A DNA stretch of 64,000 nucleotides from Candidatus Hydrogenedentota bacterium (GTDB taxonomy: Bacteria > Hydrogenedentota > Hydrogenedentia > Hydrogenedentales > JAEUWI01), in assembly GCA_034669905.1 (NCBI GenBank), contig JAXMOL010000042.1, positions 10,681 to 74,680 of the forward strand. The letters run 5' to 3'. A program made the translations under genes and the position numbers. Shown one piece after another: positions 54,701-63,700 of this stretch. Under the pieces are notes generated by a model. The model was given only the letters and a program-made list of their open reading frames with translations, did not search any database and was not told where the DNA came from. Position 1 is the first letter of the stretch. The number at the start of each line of letters is the position of its first letter.

Positions 54701-57700
54701 CCGTCACCTGTCTTCAGTGTGAGTGGCTCCGGCGCGACCTATACCATCCAGGTGACCGCGACCGGTGGCGACGGCACGCTGGTGCCCACTATCGCGGCAG
54801 GGGTGGCGGCAGATAGTGCCACGAACGTGAATGCCATGTCCACGAGCACCGATAACTCCGTTCGCTACGATGCGGTGAACCCAAGCGTGGTGTCCATAGT
54901 GCGCGTTGGGGCGACGCCCACCAATGCATCGGGTGTCGATTTTACCGTGACCTTCAACGAATACGTCATGGGTGTAGATACCAGCGATTTCGCGGCCACG
55001 GTGACGGGGGGCAGCATCACCGGTGAGTCGGTGACGGGCGTATCGGGCAGCGGGCCGACCTATACCGTGAGTGTGGATACCGGTACGGGTGATGGCACGG
55101 TGCGCCTCGACGTGGTGGACGATGACACGATTATCGATGCCCTTGGTAAAACCCTCGGCGGCGCCGGTGCCGGAAATGGGGATTATTCCAGTGGCGAGGA
55201 ATACAGCATCGACAAGACGCCGCCGGTGCTCAGTTCCGTGACCCGCACGGATGCCAACCCGTCCAATGCCTTGACGGTGGATTTCACGGTGACCTTTTCC
55301 GAGAGTGTCAGCGCCGTAGACGTCACGGACTTCGCCCTCTCCGCGACGGTGGTGTCCCCCACCGTGGACAGCCTGACGGGTAGTGGCACGAGTCGTACGG
55401 TGACGGTCGGCACGGGTACAGGCGACGGCACGCTCCGCCTGGATGTTTCCGATGACGACAGTATTGTGGATGCGGCGGGAAATCTCCTTGGTGGCGCCGG
55501 GGCAGGGAATGGGGACTATGTGGGCGACGAGACCTATACGATCGATAAGACCAAACCCACGGTTACGGTGGAACAGGCGGGCGGACAAGCCGACCCGACG
55601 AACACGCTCCCGATACGCTATGATGTGACGTTCAGCGAGAACGTTTCCGGATTCCTGGCGGCCGATGTAACGATGGGGGGTACCGCAACGGGCGTTACCT
55701 TCAGCGTGAGTGGCACGGGCGCGGCCTACACCCTCCAGGTCGATACCGCCAGTGGTGATGGCACCATCATTCCGACAATCGGGGCCGGTGTGGCGGCCGA
55801 CGCCGCGACCAACGTAAACGTCGCCTCCACCAGCACGGACAATAGCGTGCGCTACGACACGACCCCGCCTCAGGTAACCGCTATCGTCCGGTCGGGCGCC
55901 ACGCCAACGAATGTCTCCAGTGTGGACTATGTGGTTACCTTCAGTGAGCCGGTAACGGGCGTGAACACGGCTGACTTTGTGGCGACCGTGACGGGTGGCA
56001 CCGTGACCGGGCCATCCGTTTCGACCATCTCCGGCAGTGGAACGACGTACACGGTCAGCGTCGCGACCGGTACGGGCGACGGGTCCCTGCGCCTGGACCT
56101 GGCGGACGATGACAGCGTGGTGGATGCCGCGGGGAACGCGCTCGGCGGTACGGGCGCGGCCAATGGTGACTATACGAGTGGGGAGGAGTACGTTATTGAC
56201 AAGACGCCGCCCACAGTGACTTCGGTGGTCCGTGGGGACCCTGATCCGACGAACGGAAGCAGCGTGGACTTCACGGTAACCTTTTCCGAGACGGTTACGG
56301 CCGTTGATGTCACGGATTTTACGCTGGCGTCCACGGTGACCGGCCCATCAGTCAGCAGTGTTTCCGGTACGGGTGCTACGCGGACCGTGGAGGTGGACAC
56401 GGGAAGCGGTGACGGTACCCTGCGCCTGGACCTGGTCGACGACGACAGTATTGCGGACCTCGCGGGAAATCTTCTGGGCGGCGTGGGCGCCGGCAACGGC
56501 GATCACCCCGGCGATGAATCGTACACGATTGACAAGACCGCACCAACGGTAACGGTCGAGCAGGCAGGGGGCCAGGCCGACCCGACCAACACCCTGCCCA
56601 TCACGTTTGACGTGGTCTTCAGCGAGAGCGTAGGCGGCTTCGATGCGACGGATGTGAGCTTCGGCGGCACGGCAACGGGCGTGACCTTCAACGTGACTGG
56701 TACGGGCACGACGTACCTTATTGAAGCGACGGCCGTGGCCGGTGATGGTACCTTGATTCCCAGTATCGGGTCTGCCGCTGCAGCCGACCCGGCCACCAAC
56801 GGAAACGAGGCATCCACCAGTATCGACAATTCCGTGTTGTATGATTCCACCCCGCCCCAGGTTTCGTCGGTCACCCTGGCGGACAGTAACCCGACGAATG
56901 CAACGAGCGTAGACTTCACGGTCTTATTCGACGAAGTGGTGACCGGTGTCGATACCGGCGATTTCAGTGCGACCGTGACCGGTGGAAGTCTTGCGGGTGT
57001 TTCCGTTTCTGCGGTATCGGGCAGTGGCACCACCTACACGGTCAGCGTAGCCACCGGTACGGGGGACGGGACCCTCCGCCTGGACCTCGATGACGACGAC
57101 AGCATTTCGGATGCGGCCGGAAATCTGCTTGGTGGAACGGGCGCCGGCAATGGGGACTACGCCATGGGACAGGTCTACACGATAGATAAGACGCCCCCCA
57201 CGGTGGTATCCGTCACGCGTGGCGACCCCAATCCCACGAATGCGAGCAGCGTCGACTTTACCGTGACCTTTTCCGAGACGGTGGGCGTGGTGGACGGAAC
57301 CGATTTTTCTCTTTCGGCAACCGTAACGGCTCCGTCGGTCAGTGGCGTTGCCGGCAGCGGTGCCACCCGTACGGTAACGGTAGACACGGGAAGCGGTGAT
57401 GGTATCTTGCGCCTGGACCTGGTGGACGACGACAGTATCGTGGATCCGGCCGGGAACGTGTTGGGCGGCGCGGGCGCGGGGAACGGCAATCACACCGGGG
57501 ACGAGAGCTATACCGTCGACAAGACGGCGCCCACGGTGAGCGTCGACCAGGCGGGGGGACAGGCCGACCCCACCAATGCCCTGCCCCTGTTGTTTGACGT
57601 GGTCTTCAGCGAGGGGGTCACGGGCTTTGATGTCAGCGACGTGAGCATGGGCGGTACGGCGACCGGCGTGAGTTTCAACGTCAGTGGATCCGGCACCACC

Positions 57701-60700
57701 TACACGATCCAGGTCACCGCGATCACGGGAGACGGTACGGTGGTGCCGACGATTGATGCGGGCGGAAGTGCGGACGCCGCAACCAACACCAATGAGGCAT
57801 CTACGAGCACCGACAACACGGTGGAATATGATATTACGCCGCCGCAGGTGACGGCCATTGTGCGCCTGGATGGGAATCCCACCAACGGTGCGAGTGTAGA
57901 TTTTTCCGTCACCTTCAGCGAGGCCGTATCGGGCGTCGATTTGACCGACTTCACCGAGACCGTCACCGGAGGTAGTATCACCGGCACGTCCCTCGACGGG
58001 ATTTCCGGGAGCGGAACCACCTATACCGTTAGCGTTGGAACCGGCTCCGGCGATGGTACCTTGCGCCTGGATGGGCTGGATGACGACAGCATCACAGACG
58101 TTGTCGGGAATGGGCTGGGTGGCGCGGGGGCGGGCAATGGCGCTTACAGCAGCGGGGAATTCTACACCGTCGACAAGACGTCCCCCACGGTGACCCTGGA
58201 GCAGGCCGGAGGGCAGGCCGATCCGACGAATGCACTTCCCATCGTTTTCGACGTGACCTTCAGCGAGAGTGTGAGCGGACTGGATGTTTCCGACGTGACC
58301 ATGGGAGGCACGGCAACCGGAACGGTGTTCGCCGTGAATGGTACCGGGGCCAGTTACACCCTATCCGTGACAGCTACCTCCAGTGATGGCACGCTCATTC
58401 CCACCCTCGCCACGTCCGCAGCGGCCGACGCCGCGGGCAATCTCAGTCTGGCGCCGAGCAGCATCGACCGAACGGTTACCTATGACACGGTCGCATTCAA
58501 TGGCCTGTTCACAAGCTTGTTCGTCAGCCCCACCCTGGCCCGCCAGTCCTCAATGCTCGCTATCAGTTTTGAGGCCACGGAACTGCTCTCGGGCGACCCA
58601 ACCGTGACCGTGGCCGGCAATGTGGCGACCAAAACCGGTCAGTTCGGCCTCTTCTATGAGTATAGTTACACGGTTACCGGAGCCGAAAGCGAAGGGGTTG
58701 TGCAAGTCTCCGTAGCGGGCTCGGACCGGGCGGGCAATCCCGCCAGTGTCATGACGAATGTCACCCTGGATTTTACGCCCCCGGCACCGCCCACGATAAC
58801 CTCGACGGTTCCCCGGAGCCCCTCCACGGATCAAACCCCCGTTGCCGAAGGGCTGGCGGAAGCCAACAGCATCGTTCGGCTTTATGATACCGATCAGATG
58901 CGGGAGTTGGGATCGGGGCAGGCCGATGGCTCGGGAATCTTCTCAATCGCAAGTCTGCCGCTCGTCCAGGGGGTGCACGAGCTCTATGCGCGCGCTACGG
59001 ACGGCGCGGGGAATCTGGGTGCCTTCTCCGATGCGTTCACCTTCGAAGTAGATCTGAGTGAGTCGGGGCAATTGTTCAGCAATATCGCCATCAGTCCGGA
59101 CCCGGCCAAACAGACGGATCTCATCACAATTTCGTTTGACGCAACGGAACCGCTGAATAACGACCCCATCGTCGTCCTGGACGGGGAGCTTGCGACGTTC
59201 CTCAGCCGGAGCGGACTTGCCTATACCTATACCTATCAGGTCAGTGGCACGGACACCGAGGGGGCCAAGCTGGTTGAGGTTATTGGTGCCACGGCCGCCG
59301 GTGCGCCCGACAGCAATTCCGCCCGCGTCGTACTGGATTTTACGGCGCCAGCACAGCCCGGGTTGACCCGCACCGTTCCGTCGAGCCCCTCCAATTATCC
59401 CACGCCTATCGTGGAAGGGACTGCAGAGGCCAAGAGCTTCGTGCTTCTTTACGACACGGATATGGTGACGGTCCTCGGTTCCGCCCAGGCGAAAGACAGT
59501 GGTGCTTTCATTATCCGGACCAACGTGCTGACCGCGGGTACCCATAGCCTGACCGTGATATCCAGCGATGCCGCGGGAAATCATAGCCCCCCGTCGAATG
59601 CCTTGAGCTACGAGGTCGTCACCGCGCCGAACCTGTTTTCCAATATCGTCATTACGCCCGACCCTGCAGGGGTCACCGACACCCTGATGGTCGTATTCGA
59701 TGAGAGTGAAGCGCTCAACGGTGACCCCATGGTCACCATCAGTGGCAACACGGCTACAAAGCAATCCTACGTTGCGCCCACCTACACCTATACGTATGCG
59801 ATCACCGGTGCGGAAAGCGAAGGGACGCAGGTTGTGATCATTACGGGGGCGAACGCAGCGGGCGATCCGGGGTCGGCCTCCCGTGGCGTCGTGTTCGATT
59901 TTACGGCCCCCTCGGCACCAATCCTGACGCGGTCTACCCCGCTCAGTCCGGCTACCGTGCTGACGCCGAGCATTTCGGGGGTCGCCGAGGCAGGCAGTGC
60001 AATTACGCTTTATGACACGGACGGTGTCACCGTGATCGCCACAGGTACGACGGATGCCAATGGGGCCTTCACGCTGATGACCAGCTCCCTGAATGAAGGG
60101 GTCCACAGTATTAAGGCCAAGGCGACCGATGTGGCCAATAACGAAAGCCCCCAGTCGGTGGCACTGACTTACGAAGTGGACCTCACCGCCGGGGCCGGCC
60201 TGTTTACTAACCTGGTCATCGCCCCGGATCCGGCCCGACAGGCCTCGGTACTGTCCATCAGCTTCGATGCGACCGAGACCCTCGATAGCGACCCGACCGT
60301 CACCGTTGGGGGAAATACTGCGACGAAGCAGAGTAAGAGCGGTCTCACCTATAGCTACTCCTACACCGTCTCCGGGGTCGATGTCGCGGGCTCCAATTCG
60401 GTAGATGTGAATGGGGCGGATCTGGCGGGGAATACCGGTTGGACGAATGGCACGGTCTTCTTCGATTTTACCGCGCCCACCGTAACCGTGAATCAGGCCA
60501 CGGGCCAGGGGGATCCAACGACCACCCTTCCCATCCGCTTTGATGTGCTGTTCAGTGAGGTCGTCACCGGCTTCGACAGCCCGTCTGATGTGGTCATGGG
60601 GGGGACGGCAACGGGTGTGACCTTCAACGTGACCGGAACCGGCACCACCTACGTCATCGAGGTCACCGCGCTGACGGGTGACGGTACGCTCATACCAACC

Positions 60701-63700
60701 ATCCTGTCGGCTGTGGCGCAGGACAGCGCCGGGAACGGTAACAGCGCCTCGACGAGTACGGACAATAGCGTGGTGTACGACAGTACCGCCCCAACGGTAT
60801 CCATGGTATCGGCCGTGGCGGATCCGACCAATATTACCCCCATCGGCGTATCTGTCGCATTCAGTGAGGCGGTAACGGGCTTCGTCTCCGGAGATATAGT
60901 GGCAGGTAACGCCACCATTCAGAATTTTTCCGGTGGCCCGGTTTCGTATAGCTTTGAACTGGTTCCCCTGGGAGACGGCCCGGTAACGGCAGACATCGGC
61001 ATGGGAGCGGCGCAGGACGCCACCGGAAATCTGAGCGCAGCGGCGACGCCGTTCAGCCGGACCTATGACGGGACCCTCCCCACGGTTACGATGAGTTCGA
61101 CGGCAGGCGATCCGGAGAACACGGCCCCCATCGCGGTCACCGTGACCTTCAGCGAGCCCGTGCTGGGCTTTGCTGCGGGAGACATCACCGTGGGTAACGC
61201 GACCGTCCAGAATTTCACCGGTAGCGCCGATGCCTATACCTTCGAACTGGCGCCCCTGGGGCAGGGGCTGGTGACCGCAGATATTGGTGCCGGCGTGGCG
61301 CAGGACGCAGCAGGGAACCCCAATGTGGCCGCGCCCGCCTTCAGTCGCACCTACGACTCCCTGGCACCGGCCGTAGTCAGTATCCTTCGGCGTGATGGCA
61401 ACCCGACCAACAGTGCGACGGTCGACTATACGGTTACGTTTTCCGAATCAGTGGTCGGCGTGGCGACGACCGACTTCAGCCTGACAAGCACCGGCACGCT
61501 GACCGGTCCATCCGTCACAGGGGTGACGGGCTCCGATGCCACCTACGTGGTGTCGGTGGGCACCGGTACTGGCGATGGAACCCTGCGTCTCGATCTGAAT
61601 GACGATGACTCCATCGCCGACCTTTCCGGAAATGCACTGGGAGGGACCGGCGTCGGCAACGGCGACTATCCGACCGGGGAGAGTTACACGGTTGATCGTA
61701 CTTCTCCCGCCTGCACCATGGGTTCTACGACACTCGATCCCACGAATGTGACCCCCATTCCGGTTACGGTAACCTTCACCGAGCCCGTGAACGGATTCGT
61801 CGCTGGCGATATTGCTACCAGCAATGCGACGGTGACCAACTTCGCTGGCAGTGGGGCATCCTACAGCTTTGACCTGGTTCCATCCGGGGAAGGAGCTGTA
61901 GGGGCAGTCATTAATGCCGGGGTCACCCACGATGGGGCGGGTAATCCCAATGTGGCGGCCACGCCTTTCAGCCGTGTATTTGATTCGCTCCTCCTTTTGG
62001 TCAGCATGTCTTCCGCGGCACCGGAGCCCACCAATTCCGCGCCGATCACCGTGACCGTGACCTTCAGTGATCCGGTCATGGGGTTTGATTCCGGGGATAT
62101 TACGGTGAGCAATGCGACCCTGCAGAACTTCACCGGGACGGGTGATACCTACACCGTTGAATTGCTGCCCGTGGCTGATGGACTGGTGGAAGCCGAGATA
62201 GACGCGGGTGTGGCGACCGACGGGGCGGGCAATCCGAATACCGCGGCCCTTCCCTTTACCCGCACCTATGACACGCTCTCGCCCGTCGTAGACCGCATCG
62301 TTCGCGCGGATGCCGATCCGACCAATGGCGCCTCAGTGGACTATACGTTGACCTTCAGCGAGGCCGTGACCGGGGTCGATGTGGGTGACCTGGTCCTGAC
62401 GACGACCGGTGCCATAAGCGGCGCCACGATAGATGGGGTTTCCGGTGGCGGACTGGAATATACGGTCACGGTTCTGACGGGTGCGGGGGAGGGGACCCTA
62501 CGGGTGGACGTGGTCGACGACGATACCGTGGTGGACAGCGCAGGCAACCTGCTCGGCGGAGTGGGACTAGGTAACGGAAGTTTTTCAACGGGCGATAGCT
62601 ACACCATCGATCGGAGCTCCCCGTCCGTTGCGCTCACATCGTCGGCGACCGACCCGACGAATGCCGCCTTAATCCTGGTGAACGTCATCTTCAGCGAATC
62701 GGTCGTGGGCTTTACGGTGGATGATGTTACCGTGGGAAACGCTACCGTGCAGGACTTCACCGGCACGGGCGATAGCTACAGCTTCCATCTCGTTGCCTCG
62801 GGCGAAGGCTTGGTGACGGTGAACATCGGGCCGGGGGTGGCAAATGATATTGCAGGCAACCCGAACACCGCCGCTACACCCCTTACGCGGGTCTACGACG
62901 TGACTGGGCCTGATGTCTCCCTCAGTTCGGCCACGACGGACCCGACAAATGTTCTCCCCATCCCCGTGACCGTGACCTTCAGCGAACCCGTGTTTGGCTT
63001 CACGTCAGGCGATATTTCAACCTTCAATGGAACGCTGACGAACCTTGCGGGCAGCGGAACGACCTATACCTTTGAGCTGATTCCCGCGGGAGACGGCGTG
63101 GTAACCGCGAGTATTGACGCCGGAATAGCGCAGGATGCCACAGGCAACGACAACACCGCCAGCATGCTGTTTTCGCGGGTCTATGACGCCATTGCGCCCA
63201 TGGCTACCGCGATTACTCGGGTGGACGGTGACCCGACGAATGCCAGCTCCGTATTGTTCGATGTGACCTTCAGCGAAGCGGTTACAGGCGTCGATACGAC
63301 CGATTTCGAACTCGCGACGACCGGCACCCTGGTGGGCGCCTTTGTATCCAACGTTTCCGGGAGTGGCGCCGCCTATACCGTCACCATCGATACCGGCGAA
63401 AACGATGGGACGCTCCGGTTGGACATACGCGACGATGATTCCATCTCCGATCTCGCCGGAAACTTTTTGGCCGGGACCCTTTCGGAGGACGGCGATTTTA
63501 CGGACGGGGAACGCTATACCGTCGACAAGACCCGGCCGACAGTGACGATGAGCTCGACCGCTACGGACCCGACAAGCGAGTCCCCCATCTACGTATCGGT
63601 GGCGTTCAGCGAACCCGTAAGCGGCCTTGTGATTGGGGACATCGTAGCGGACAACGCCATGGTGTTGAATCTGATGGGAAGCGGTGCCGACTATGCGTTC

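Noticed and set aside
48775..63545. Many short repetitive minus-strand and off-frame ORFs
   Set aside because: Shadows of the giant plus-strand Ig-repeat gene.
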